Assembly: GCA_977017575.1 (NCBI GenBank)
Contig: CDRNVI010000034.1
Span: 62,001 to 126,000, forward strand
From: Paramoeba atlantica
Lineage: Eukaryota > Protista > Discosea
Length of the DNA stretch: 64,000 nt
Direction: 5' to 3'
In this document: positions 30,880-41,102 of the stretch, piece by piece
Position numbering within the stretch: position 1 is the first letter of the stretch
Layout of the letters: every line of letters starts with the position of its first letter
The notes under the pieces: generated by a model
Databases searched by the model: none
The model's input: only the letters and a program-made list of their open reading frames with translations
What the model was told of the DNA's origin: nothing
Position numbers and translations under genes: made by a program

Positions 30880-33634
30880 GTGTGTCCCGAAGGACACGGA
30901 GCCCATGGGCCTCCCAACACGAATGCTGGGGCGGTGGTACCCCGAAGGGTACGGAGCCCATGGGCCTCGTTACAGAGGATGAACATACAAATGCAACGGC
31001 AAGTGTGCCCCGAAGGACACGGAGCCCATGGGCCTCCCAACACGAATGCTGGGGCGGTGGTACCCCGAAGGGTGCGGAGCCCATGGGCCTCGTTACAGAG
31101 GATGAATATATAAATGCAACGGCAAGTGTGTCCCGAAGGACACGGAGCCCATGGGCCTCCCAACACGAATGCTGGGGCGGTGGTACCCCGAAGGGTGCGG
31201 AGCCCATGGGTCTCGTTACAGAGGATGAATATATAAATGCAACGGCAAGTGTGTCCCGAAGGACACGGAGCCCATGGGCCTCCCAACACGAATGCTGGGG
31301 CGGTGGTACCCCGAAGGGTACGGAGCCCATGGGCCTCGTTACAGAGGATGAACATACAAATGCAACGGCAAGTGTGCCCCGAAGGACACGGAGCCCATGG
31401 GCCTCCCAACACGAATGCTGGGGCGGTGGTACCCCGAAGGGTGCGGAGCCCATGGGCCTCGTTACAGAGGATGAATATATAAATGCAACGGCAAGTGTGT
31501 CCCGAAGGACACGGAGCCCATGGGCCTCCCAACACGAATGCTGGGGCGGTGGTACCCCGAAGGGTGCGGAGCCCATGGGCCTCGTTACAGAGGATGAATA
31601 TATAAATGCAACGGCAAGTGTGTCCCGAAGGACACGGAGCCCATGGGCCTCCCAACACGAATGCTGGGGCGGTGGTACCCCGAAGGGTACGGAGCCCATG
31701 GGCCTCGTTACAGAGGATGAACATACAAATGCAACGGCAAGTGTGCCCCGAAGGACACGGAGCCCATGGGCCTCCCAGCACGAATGCTGGGGCGGTGGTA
31801 CCCCGAAGGGTACGGAGCCCATGGGCCTCGTTACAGAGGATGAACATACAAATGCAACGGCAAGTGTGCCCCGAAGGACACGGAGCCCATGGGCCTCCCA
31901 ACACGAATGCTGGGGCGGTGGTACCCCGAAGGGTGCGGAGCCCATGGGCCTCGTTACAGAGGATGAATATATAAATGCAACGGCAAGTGTGTCCCGAAGG
32001 ACACGGAGCCCATGGGCCTCCCAACACGAATGCTGGGGCGGTGGTACCCCGAAGGGTGCGGAGCCCATGGGTCTCGTTACAGAGGATGAATATATAAATG
32101 CAACGGCAAGTGTGTCCCGAAGGACACGGAGCCCATGGGCCTCCCAACACGAATGCTGGGGCGGTGGTACCCCGAAGGGTACGGAGCCCATGGGCCTCGT
32201 TACAGAGGATGAACATACAAATGCAACGGCAAGTGTGCCCCGAAGGACACGGAGCCCATGGGCCTCCCAACACGAATGCTGGGGCGGTGGTACCCCGAAG
32301 GGTGCGGAGCCCATGGGCCTCGTTACAGAGGATGAATATATAAATGCAACGGCAAGTGTGTCCCGAAGGACACGGAGCCCATGGGCCTCCCAACACGAAT
32401 GCTGGGGCGGTGGTACCCCGAAGGGTGCGGAGCCCATGGGCCTCGTTACAGAGGATGAATATATAAATGCAACGGCAAGTGTGTCCCGAAGGACACGGAG
32501 CCCATGGGCCTCCCAACACGAATGCTGGGGCGGTGGTACCCCGAAGGGTACGGAGCCCATGGGCCTCGTTACAGAGGATGAACATACAAATGCAACGGCA
32601 AGTGTGCCCCGAAGGACACGGAGCCCATGGGCCTCCCAGCACGAATGCTGGGGCGGTGGTACCCCGAAGGGTACGGAGCCCATGGGCCTCGTTACAGAGG
32701 ATGAACATACAAATGCAACGGCAAGTGTGCCCCGAAGGACACGGAGCCCATGGGCCTCCCAACACGAATGCTGGGGCGGTGGTACCCCGAAGGGTGCGGA
32801 GCCCATGGGCCTCGTTACAGAGGATGAATATATAAATGCAACGGCAAGTGTGTCCCGAAGGACACGGAGCCCATGGGCCTCCCAACACGAATGCTGGGGC
32901 GGTGGTACCCCGAAGGGTGCGGAGCCCATGGGCCTCGTTACAGAGGATGAATATATAAATGCAACGGCAAGTGTGTCCCGAAGGACACGGAGCCCATGGG
33001 CCTCCCAACACGAATGCTGGGGCGGTGGTACCCCGAAGGGTGCGGAGCCCATGGGCCTCGTTACAGAGGATGAACATACAAATGCAACGGCAAGTGTGCC
33101 CCGAAGGACACGGAGCCCATGGGCCTCCCAACACGAATGCTGGGGCGGTGGTACCCCGAAGGGTACGGAGCCCATGGGCCTCGTTACAGAGGATGAACAT
33201 ACAAATGCAACGGCAAGTGTGCCCCGAAGGACACGGAGCCCATGGGCCTCCCAACACGAATGCTGGGGCGGTGGTACCCCGAAGGGTGCGGAGCCCATGG
33301 GCCTCGTTACAGAGGATGAATATATAAATGCAACGGCAAGTGTGTCCCGAAGGACACGGAGCCCATGGGCCTCCCAACACGAATGCTGGGGCGGTGGTAC
33401 CCCGAAGGGTACGGAGCCCATGGGCCTCGTTACAGAGGATGAACATACAAATGCAACGGCAAGTGTGCCCCGAAGGACACGGAGCCCATGGGCCTCTCAG
33501 CACGAATGCTGGGGCGGTGGTACCCCGAAGGGTACGGAGCCCATGGGCCTCGTTACAGAGGATGAACATATAAATGCAACGGCAAGTGTGCCCCGAAGGA
33601 CACGGAGCCCATGGGCCTCGTTACAGAGGATGAA
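30880..33634. repeat. 123-bp tandem array, 22 full units plus one internally deleted unit, with a 7-unit (861-bp) higher-order duplication
   Basis: Unit GTGTG(T/C)CCCGAAGGACACGGAGCCCATGGGCCTCCCAACACGAATGCTGGGGCGGTGGTACCCCGAAGGGT(A/G)CGGAGCCCATGGGCCTCGTTACAGAGGATGAA(C/T)ATA(C/T)AAATGCAACGGCAA. Unit 1 starts at 30880 and unit 23 at 33586 (22 x 123). Confidence 0.97.
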
Positions 33635-33797
33635 GTACTGCCAGGCCGGGACCAAGCGAATTGATGCGTGACATTTTCAGGCGTGTAAGATTGTTTATGT
33701 AGATGGAGCTAAATGTAGTAGTTCTACTGGATACTAGAAACAAGTAGTTCAATTATAATTTATTTAGTTTATAATCGTGCTATAGATGTATTGAAAT

Positions 33798-33866
33798 CTT
33801 CACCCTCACACTCCGCCGAATATGGCGGTGCCGGGCTTGGGACCGGTAACAAGCGTGTTTACGAAG
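33798..33866 (-). ncRNA. Twister self-cleaving ribozyme (with P5 stem, no P3)
   Basis: Minus strand: CTTCG-TAA-ACAC-GC-TTGTTA-CCGG-TCCCAAGC-CCGG-CA-CCGCC-ATATTC-GGCGG-A-GTGT-GAGGG-TGAAG. Pairings: P1 CUUCG/UGAAG, L1 UAA plus GAGGG, P2 ACAC/GUGU, P4 CCGG/CCGG with loop UCCCAAGC, pseudoknots CC/GG and GCUU/AAGC, P5 CCGCC/GGCGG. The core CCGGUCCCAAGCCCGG matches the recalled rice twister core. Confidence 0.9.
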
Positions 33867-34220
33867 GAGTGATAATGTACATTACTTAATAGGGAGTACG
33901 AGAGACGCAAGACACAAGAATAATTATAAGTGTGTAACAACTTATAGTTGTTACAGAATATAGTTTTTATAGTTTTCATAGTTTATGGAGATTGCACGTG
34001 CGAACTAACAAGCAGTTTAAACCATTTTCTTTGATTCATTTGTTTGAGCAGTGATCATTTCTTTTGTCTAACAATGGATTTTTCTTGTTTCGTTTTTTTC
34101 CTGTATCTCGACGCCTTGCCGGGGGTGTGTGAGGTTTTCCTATCGCCGAGAACCTACTCTAAGTAAGTTTATATTTGAACAGAAGAGGTATGCATAGATT
34201 GCCTGAAAAGCCACGAACTA

Positions 34221-34649
34221 CCGTATAGCGCCCCCCCCCGAGTAATAGAATGGGTTTTGGGCCAAAATGGCCAAATCTCTGTTACTGGGGGGTGCTTTTT
34301 TGGTAGGCAGAGACCTTTTTTTCATGGGTGCGTTGATTTTCTGCCCAGACAACCCCGCAACTACACCATTCGCTCCCGCGCAACTACCCTCACCCAGCCC
34401 AGCGACCCCCACCCGCCCAAACACCCCCTCCTACCTCCAACCACCCTCCCGAGCCAAATTTCTGCTACTGGGGGTCAGCCCCAGTATGGCCAAATCTCTG
34501 TTACTGGGGGGGGTCTATTACTGGTCGTCTATTATGTTAAGAGAGAAGCAAGATGTACCATATACCCCTTCTCAGTAAGAGACCCCCTTAGTAAGAGAGA
34601 TTTGGCCATTTTGACCCAAAACCCATTCTCTCACTGGGGGGCTACACGG
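34221..34649. mobile_element. TA-target MITE with ~60-bp imperfect TIRs
   Basis: TA|CCGTATAGCGCCCCCCCCCGAGTAATAGAATGGGTTTTGGGCCAAAATGGCCAAATCTCT ... AGAGATTTGGCCATTTTGACCCAAAACCCATTCTCTCACTGGGGGGCTACACGG|TA. Confidence 0.85.
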
Positions 34650-34787
34650 TATGATAACGACAAATAAACGCTCCACATTGGTGCACTTAAATGAATAAAA
34701 ATATCAAAAATAAGGAAACGGATAAATTGTCTTTACTTTAACGGAAATGGCGTCTTGCTGTGTATTTTTGATTTGACACGATTACAT

Positions 34788-35603
34788 TTAAGGACCTTTG
34801 CAAGTAAAATCATTGCCCGTGTAGTCCAACACCGTGAAACTGTGCGCTATCCCATATTTTCCACAGACATCGTAGAATTTGTTGTTGCTTAAGTCCACAT
34901 AAGTCAGTGTCTCGGGGAGCAGCGATAAATCGATACGCCCACAGAGGCGATTCGCTCGAAGATCGACCGTGTCCAACCCGTTGGGTAAGTCACCTAATTC
35001 CACCTCGCCATCAAAAGCATTCTCATACGCTTGAAAAATATGAAGAGATCGGGGTAACTCCGAGAGCTCGCACCGGCCAATAAACCTATTTCGTGACAGC
35101 GCGAGGGTGACCAACTCCCGAGGAAGTTCCCCCCATGAGATGGGACCACTGAAAAAGTTGTTATACAAAACAAGAGAGTGTAACTGCCGTGGGAGAAACC
35201 CAGCGTTGAGTTCTCCCCCTAACTTTGTGTTGGCAAATTCGATGGTACGAAGTGAGGAGGGAAAGTTTTCCCACTCCGGGGTCCCGATGAGCTGGGTTTG
35301 ACGCAGCGACAGCGTGTGGAGCGTCTCTGGAAGGTAACGCCAGGCTGGGCGCCCGGTAAGATACGAACTTTCGAGCGCAATTTTACCCACAGCCTCGAGA
35401 TCGGGTTCGTACCCGCAGTGGATGCCGTACCAGTGAGCGACGGGGTTATCTTCCCGCCACGAGCTGTGCTGTGGGGTCATGTTACGCACAAAGAGGCTGA
35501 GCTGAAGCTCCGTGGACAAGGCAGCGTGGGTAGGCTTCCCACGACGAGATACCGGAATGTCCGCAGTGGAGAGGAATGGTGGGAAGGAAGAAGTGCTGTC
35601 CAT
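34788..35603 (-). CDS. Short LRR-family protein
   Basis: Likely start at 35603 (MDSTSSF..ADIPVSRRGKP..LSTELQLSLF..HSSW..PVAHWYGIHC), followed by about 8 LRRs. Confidence 0.88.
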   Translation of the reverse strand: MDSTSSFPPFLSTADIPVSRRGKPTHAALSTELQLSLFVRNMTPQHSSWREDNPVAHWYGIHCGYEPDLEAVGKIALESSYLTGRPAWRYLPETLHTLSLRQTQLIGTPEWENFPSSLRTIEFANTKLGGELNAGFLPRQLHSLVLYNNFFSGPISWGELPRELVTLALSRNRFIGRCELSELPRSLHIFQAYENAFDGEVELGDLPNGLDTVDLRANRLCGRIDLSLLPETLTYVDLSNNKFYDVCGKYGIAHSFTVLDYTGNDFTCKGP

Positions 35604-36050
35604 GAGATGTGGCAAAAATAATAAGAATTTTTGAATTTGAAAATATAGAAGCAAATGGGGATTGATTTGCGTAGGAAATATTGTGGTCGCACATCGCTGG
35701 ATGTTATGTCCTGTTTGATATTTTTCTGTAAAGGGTTTGTTTACACGTTTAGCAGCATTATACACATCACATGCATTCGACATTGAAGCTATTGCCTTAT
35801 TATTTTACTATTTTCACTGGATTGAAAACTTGTAAACTATCCTACGTAACTGAGTTAACAACGTTTTACAGAGTGCGTAATTCTTTTTCCGACTGTTTAA
35901 CTCGCACTATGCGGCTGTTTAAATACCGATAAAGCTTGCAGCCAAAGCCGCAGTTGTGCTACGAACAAGTTAATAAAAATCCTAAAGATTATTAGTCATA
36001 CTCTCCACTACACATTACACTACAAAGAAAAAGAAAGGGCATGACGTACC

Positions 36051-39000
36051 TTATATAGGAAGGGGCGGAACGTAGATAGGCAGAATACCGACGTGAAAAA
36101 GTCCTGCACAGGTAACTAGTGTCATACTCAAAACTAATACGAGAGTGCGTAAGAGTGTCCATACCCAACCAGGAAGCTGAGAGAGACGCTGACGAATTCC
36201 TTCAGCATTACTCCTTTTTTCCTCCTCCAGGTCGTCATCTTCGCGCCCTCGAAAGTAATCGTCTACGTCATCGCTTCCTTTTTTCGAAAAGAACCGATCG
36301 GCCTCATCCCGGAGGTCAAAGTACAACAGCGTAGGAGGAAGCTGAACATGTTCCATATCCCCGACCACCTTTTGGTTTTCCCCCAGACGTAAATCCTCAA
36401 TGCCAGGGGGGAAGTGAAATGCCTCAAGGTCACCCTGCAGGTCGTTCTCCGCTAAGTCACACTTTAACGTGTCCTCTGGGAGCCACACGTCATCCAGCGT
36501 CCCTTGTAGACGATTTGCACGAAGACTGACATCCGTCAGAGAAGGGGGAAGGGCCACAGAGGCCAAATTCCCCTCCAGTTTGTTCCGTGCTAAATCCAGA
36601 CACTGTAACTCGGAGAAAAATCCAAGCAACAGTCCCTGCGCCATCCCCTCCGGAGCGGCTTTCTTGTTCCCCCCACTTTCTTCCTCTTGCACCCCTTCCC
36701 GAGGAAACCTACCCCCCTCGTGTGGTTCCACACCCTCGGGGCTCCCCGGGGACGGTCCAGAACCCCTCCCCTCCCGAACCCGACCCCAGACCGCCCCCAA
36801 GTCCCCCGAGAGCCCACAATGCCGCAACCCCAGCGAGCGTAACCCCGAGGGCAACTTTGGCTTTCGTACCCGCCCCCCTTTTTCTTCCTTTTCCCCGAGG
36901 GCTTCCTCCCCCGGGGCCCTCCCCCCCCCGAGCACCTCCCCCAGGTCCGAGCCCTCCAACGGGTTCTCGCTGAGGTCCAGCACCCTCAACGAGGCCGGGA
37001 GCAGCCCGGGGTCCATCCGGTGCAGCGCCCCGGTGAGCTGGTTGTTCGTTAACTCCAGCCGACGCAGCCCCGGGGGGAACCACCCGGGGCTTAGCCTTTC
37101 TACCCTCCCCGTGATCTCGTTGTGGGCGAGATCGAGCCGGGTGAGGGCCCGGGGGAGCGGGGGGGCGGCCTCCAGGCTACCGTAGAGATTGGTGTGGCGT
37201 AGCCCCAGGACGTCCAGCCCGGGGGGGAGGGCGAGCTGCTCCATGGCCCCGTTGAGCCCGAGGTTGCCACTGAGGTCGAGGTAGGAGAGGGCGGGGGGGA
37301 GGGGGAGGGCGTGGGTCTCCCCGGTGAGGCGGTTGGCCCGGAGGCTGAGGTAGTGAAGCCCGGGGGGGAGACGCAGGGCGTCGAGGTTACCCACGAGGTC
37401 GTTGCCGTTGAGGTCGAGTCGTTTTAACGGGGGGGGGAGGGAGAGACGGGGGAGTTCCCCGATGAGGTTGGTGTTGGCCAAGTAGAGAAACTCCAGGAGG
37501 GGGGGGAGGGTGAGACGAGCGACGTCCCCGTGGCAAGGGTTGTCGTGGAGGTCGAGGGTGGTGAGCGCGGGGAGGGGGGTGAGGTGTTGGATCGCCCCGG
37601 TGAGGTGGTTGTTACCCAACGCGAGGTGTTTGAGGGGGGGAGGGAGAACAAGGGAGGGGAGGTCCCCCACCAGTTCGTTCCCGTTTAAATCGAGATGGGT
37701 GAGTTTTGCAGGGAACGAGACGGTGGTAAGGTTGCCGGTGAGGTGGTTGTGGGCGAGGGAGAGGTATTCCAGCGGTGGGGGCAGTTCTTCGTCTTCTAAA
37801 TTTCCGAGCAACCCGCACCCTTTGAGCCCAAGATGGGTCAGACCCGAGGGAAGGTACCCAGCGTGGAATTCACCGGAGATGTCACGGTTCTCGCTCAGGT
37901 CAAGGTGGGTAAGGGTCTCGGGTAGGTAGAGCTCATGGAAGTTCCCCTCCAGACGGTTGTGCCCTAGGCGTAGCAACGTCAGGCCCGGGGGAAGGGGTTG
38001 CAGTGCGCTGATCTCTCCCTCAAGCAGGTTCTCGCTCAAATCCAGATGGTCGACATCCGGAGGGATGAAATCCAGGGTGAGCTCTCCCTGGAGCCGGTTG
38101 AAACTTAAATCAATGAAAGTCAACGTCAGGGGCAGCTCCAGATGTTGCACGTCACCGTAGAAGTCGTTGTTCGCCAGGCTAAGGTAGGTAAGAGTCTGAG
38201 GAAGGTTCAGTAGGGCGACATCCGCCGTCAGCTGGTTGTTCGAGAGGTCGAGGTAGCGCAGCTCCGACGGGAGGTCCAGCTCGCTCAACTCACCGGTAAG
38301 AAAGTTCCCATTGAGCTCCAGACGGCTTACCCCAGTGGGAAGCACCAGGTCGTTGATATTCCCCCGCAGTCCCATGTCCATTAACCCGACATGTGTGATG
38401 CTTTCCGGCAGTCGCAGCTCTCGGGCCTCGCATCCGATTCGTAGCGCGCTGAAGTCCACCCGCTGCAACCCCTCTGGCAGACGCAGCCGCGTGAGATCCC
38501 CTGTGACCTCACAGTGGGACATGCCAAACCGAGTCAGACTCTTGGGCAACCGCAAAGTCTCAATTCGCCCGTGTAGGCGGTTGTGGCTGAGGTCCAAGAA
38601 ACTCAGCCCCTGGGGAAGCACAAGCTCAGATACATCCCCTGTCAATGCGTTCTCGCACAGTATCAAGCTCCGCAGTGTAGCAGGCAGCTGTACACGCGTG
38701 AGATCCCCCGTGAGCTGGTTGTGCCGTAACCCGAGCTCACGCAACGTAGGGGGCAGCGGAAGGTCCTCCAAGGACCCGCTAAGCTGGTTAAAACTCAGCC
38801 CCAGCAACGTAAGTCCAGGAGGAAGATTCGTGAGATCCGATATGGATTCAAACTCATTATGACTTAAGTCCAACACCTGCAATGTCGGGGGAAGCCCTTT
38901 ATGAGAAATATCCAAGCGCCCACGTAACCCGCGGGTACTCCACTTAATCCCCACCACATAGGGTTCTGGAGTATCGGATGAGGATGACGAGGGCCCACTC

Positions 39001-40070
39001 TTTCCGGGCCCTCCCGCACACGTCACCCCATCCCACCCACACGCGGGGGTGTGTTCCCCCCATGACGCGTGTCGGTTCTCCATCCCCGCCACGAACTGTA
39101 CCAGCTGCTCCAGGTCACTTCTCGGGGGGTAGTACCCCCCAGCAACCATCCGGGGCAGCGAGGCACTGTGCGCGAGAGCGGGAGGGGGGGCGGGACCCCG
39201 TCCTAAATTTTGTGTGCTCCTCCCTCCCCGGCTCATCTCCACACGTACGGGACCGTACGGGGCAGGTGAAGCCGAGGAAGAAGAAGGGGACACCGAAAAA
39301 GCCGGTGAGTCTTTTACCCTCTTCGGCGGGATAAACTTCCCCCCGGGGGTGAGGGCGTGGGGCCCGGCCTTCACGGGGGTCGGGAGCGTGATGGCCGCAG
39401 AGGAGGCGGAGGAGGAACGAGGGGGGGTTTTGGTTTGCCGCAGCGGCACTCTCCCCGCTCCATCTCGCCCCACGGAACTACTCGTGGAGGAAGAAGAGGC
39501 GGAGTAGGGAGAGAGTTTGGGGTGGAGACCGGACGTGGGGGTTCGTGTGGGGTCGTTGGCGGGGACGGCGGGACCGGAGGGGAGGGTGAAGGCGGGGGTG
39601 TCGGAGAGGGGGCGAGTGGAGGAGAAGGAGGAGGGGGAGCGCGGAGGGGAGCGTCCGGTGTAGACCGCGGACCCGTGGGAGCGTCGTGAGGAGGTGTGGG
39701 AGGGGCTACGGGTCGTGGGGGAGGAGGAGGAGGGGGAGATGGGTGACCGTGTCGTGGAAAGGGGTGGGGTGGAGGGAGGCTCTTGAGGAAGATCGTCTTG
39801 GGGAGAGGAGGACGGGGGAACCGAGGGTGGAGGGGAGTTGGGCGGGGTGTGAAGGGGGCTCGAGGCTTCGCCAGGAGAAGGTGGATACGCGTGACGAGTA
39901 ATCAAGCGGCTTGTTTCTGAAGAATCTTCGGATGGCACAGAGGGAGTGACCAAAGTGAGATCATCCGATGCGTAGAGCCGTGGAGTAGAACAGGGAGAGA
40001 GCGTTACCCCAAAAGTGTAAGAGACAAGCAGAAAAAAGAGTGTCATGGGCGGCACTTTGAGAACGTCCAA
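36051..40070 (-). CDS. Large receptor-like LRR membrane protein (hydrophobic N-terminus, Pro/Ser/Thr stalk, family N-cap, ~30 LRRs, C-terminal TM)
   Basis: N-terminal MTLFFLLVSYTFGVTLS. Cap PPRSDLEQLVQF..HASW..PACGWDGVTC. Repeats LPxxLxxLxLxxNxLxG. C-terminal WVWTLLRTLVLVLSMTLVTCAGLFHVGIL. Confidence 0.88.
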   Translation of the reverse strand: MDVLKVPPMTLFFLLVSYTFGVTLSPCSTPRLYASDDLTLVTPSVPSEDSSETSRLITRHAYPPSPGEASSPLHTPPNSPPPSVPPSSSPQDDLPQEPPSTPPLSTTRSPISPSSSSPTTRSPSHTSSRRSHGSAVYTGRSPPRSPSSFSSTRPLSDTPAFTLPSGPAVPANDPTRTPTSGLHPKLSPYSASSSSTSSSVGRDGAGRVPLRQTKTPPRSSSASSAAITLPTPVKAGPHALTPGGKFIPPKRVKDSPAFSVSPSSSSASPAPYGPVRVEMSRGGRSTQNLGRGPAPPPALAHSASLPRMVAGGYYPPRSDLEQLVQFVAGMENRHASWGEHTPACGWDGVTCAGGPGKSGPSSSSSDTPEPYVVGIKWSTRGLRGRLDISHKGLPPTLQVLDLSHNEFESISDLTNLPPGLTLLGLSFNQLSGSLEDLPLPPTLRELGLRHNQLTGDLTRVQLPATLRSLILCENALTGDVSELVLPQGLSFLDLSHNRLHGRIETLRLPKSLTRFGMSHCEVTGDLTRLRLPEGLQRVDFSALRIGCEARELRLPESITHVGLMDMGLRGNINDLVLPTGVSRLELNGNFLTGELSELDLPSELRYLDLSNNQLTADVALLNLPQTLTYLSLANNDFYGDVQHLELPLTLTFIDLSFNRLQGELTLDFIPPDVDHLDLSENLLEGEISALQPLPPGLTLLRLGHNRLEGNFHELYLPETLTHLDLSENRDISGEFHAGYLPSGLTHLGLKGCGLLGNLEDEELPPPLEYLSLAHNHLTGNLTTVSFPAKLTHLDLNGNELVGDLPSLVLPPPLKHLALGNNHLTGAIQHLTPLPALTTLDLHDNPCHGDVARLTLPPLLEFLYLANTNLIGELPRLSLPPPLKRLDLNGNDLVGNLDALRLPPGLHYLSLRANRLTGETHALPLPPALSYLDLSGNLGLNGAMEQLALPPGLDVLGLRHTNLYGSLEAAPPLPRALTRLDLAHNEITGRVERLSPGWFPPGLRRLELTNNQLTGALHRMDPGLLPASLRVLDLSENPLEGSDLGEVLGGGRAPGEEALGEKEEKGGRVRKPKLPSGLRSLGLRHCGLSGDLGAVWGRVREGRGSGPSPGSPEGVEPHEGGRFPREGVQEEESGGNKKAAPEGMAQGLLLGFFSELQCLDLARNKLEGNLASVALPPSLTDVSLRANRLQGTLDDVWLPEDTLKCDLAENDLQGDLEAFHFPPGIEDLRLGENQKVVGDMEHVQLPPTLLYFDLRDEADRFFSKKGSDDVDDYFRGREDDDLEEEKRSNAEGIRQRLSQLPGWVWTLLRTLVLVLSMTLVTCAGLFHVGILPIYVPPLPI

Positions 40071-40526
40071 AGAAGTAACAATGATCTCCAGTTGTTGGTA
40101 ATAGAGATGTGAAAAAGACTATTTCGAAACAAAAAATCAAGATTCTTAGAGTGGTGAACCGGGCTACCCCCACACGCGCTCACACACGGGTGTGAGCGGG
40201 TGCGGTCGGGTGCGCACTAGAACTTCGTGATGCGAAAAAATTTACCCCTTGGATTTTTAGTTTAGTGTAGGAGCTGAATGCGTATAAACACTACATTATT
40301 ATTCATAATTGAGATCTACACGTTTTGGGTAAGATTCATTCGAATAAAAAAAAATAAAGAAAATAAGGCAAATACAGCGACAAACGCCTTCCTGCGCAAG
40401 CCATTATGGAGCGCATAGAAGAGAGCATCATGGAAATCCCGAAAAGTATCAATGCGTAAACTCCTTCTTGAGATAAACTGCAAACCTGTTGTAACAATTT
40501 GTTACAAAAAAGCAAAAAAAATAAAG

Positions 40527-41102
40527 TTAATAATGTGAAGTGAGTGGCTTGTGCCGCTCAATGACGCGGGTAATATTTCCCAACTCAGGAAATCGCCTCC
40601 ACTGAGGTTTTGGAATTAAATGGCCTTGAGAGGGGTGTTGCCAGAAATTCGGCCAATGATTTCCCGCAAATTTTGTGGGATCAAAATACGCCTCCGCATC
40701 GGGAGTACGCAGACGCTCAATTGGAGTGGGCCCCGGGCCCCGGGACTTTGCTGTATTCTTTGTCTGCTCTTCACGGAGAACTCGGTCGTTAATCTCCTCT
40801 TGTTGAGCAATTCTCCGTCGCGTAATCTCCCTACGTCGGAGACTCGCCATGACACGGTTGTAGTGCCACTGCATACGAGCCCCGGGGACGAGGCGAAAGT
40901 GGCCGTTAACCATCGCGGCATCCGGCATCTTGTTGTCAAACATCGCGTCGCGCACCAGAAAGTTGTACCGGGCTTGGGACTCGTACCTCATTAAGGCAAG
41001 GCGCTCCGTGGCGGCGGGGTAGAACTGGGGGGCCACGGGGAGGGTGTGGGTGCCGGCCAGCACACTCTGGTAAGAGCCACGACCCAGGGCACCTCGGCTC
41101 AT
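40527..41102 (-). CDS. Conserved kinetoplastid protein, probably mitochondrial (possibly mitoribosomal)
   Basis: ATG at 41102 gives MSRGALGRGSYQSV..RDAMFDNKMP..RTPDAEAYF..NHWPNFWQHP..PKPQWRRFPELGNITRV. This resembles a recalled trypanosomatid conserved protein; its identity was not verified. Confidence 0.55.
   Translation of the reverse strand: MSRGALGRGSYQSVLAGTHTLPVAPQFYPAATERLALMRYESQARYNFLVRDAMFDNKMPDAAMVNGHFRLVPGARMQWHYNRVMASLRRREITRRRIAQQEEINDRVLREEQTKNTAKSRGPGPTPIERLRTPDAEAYFDPTKFAGNHWPNFWQHPSQGHLIPKPQWRRFPELGNITRVIERHKPLTSHY

Noticed and set aside
30804-33671. The 921-, 865- and 929-aa ORFs over the 123-bp array as real proteins
   Set aside because: The unit length is a multiple of 3, so any stop-free frame stays open. 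Three frames on two strands are open, the plus frame has no ATG after the upstream stop, and the minus frames start inside the repeat.
40180-40230. Helitron 3' end (hairpin CGCTCACAC/GTGTGAGCG followed by CTAG)
   Set aside because: The spacing to CTAG is about 18 nt, the next base is A rather than T, and no matching 5' TC end was identified.
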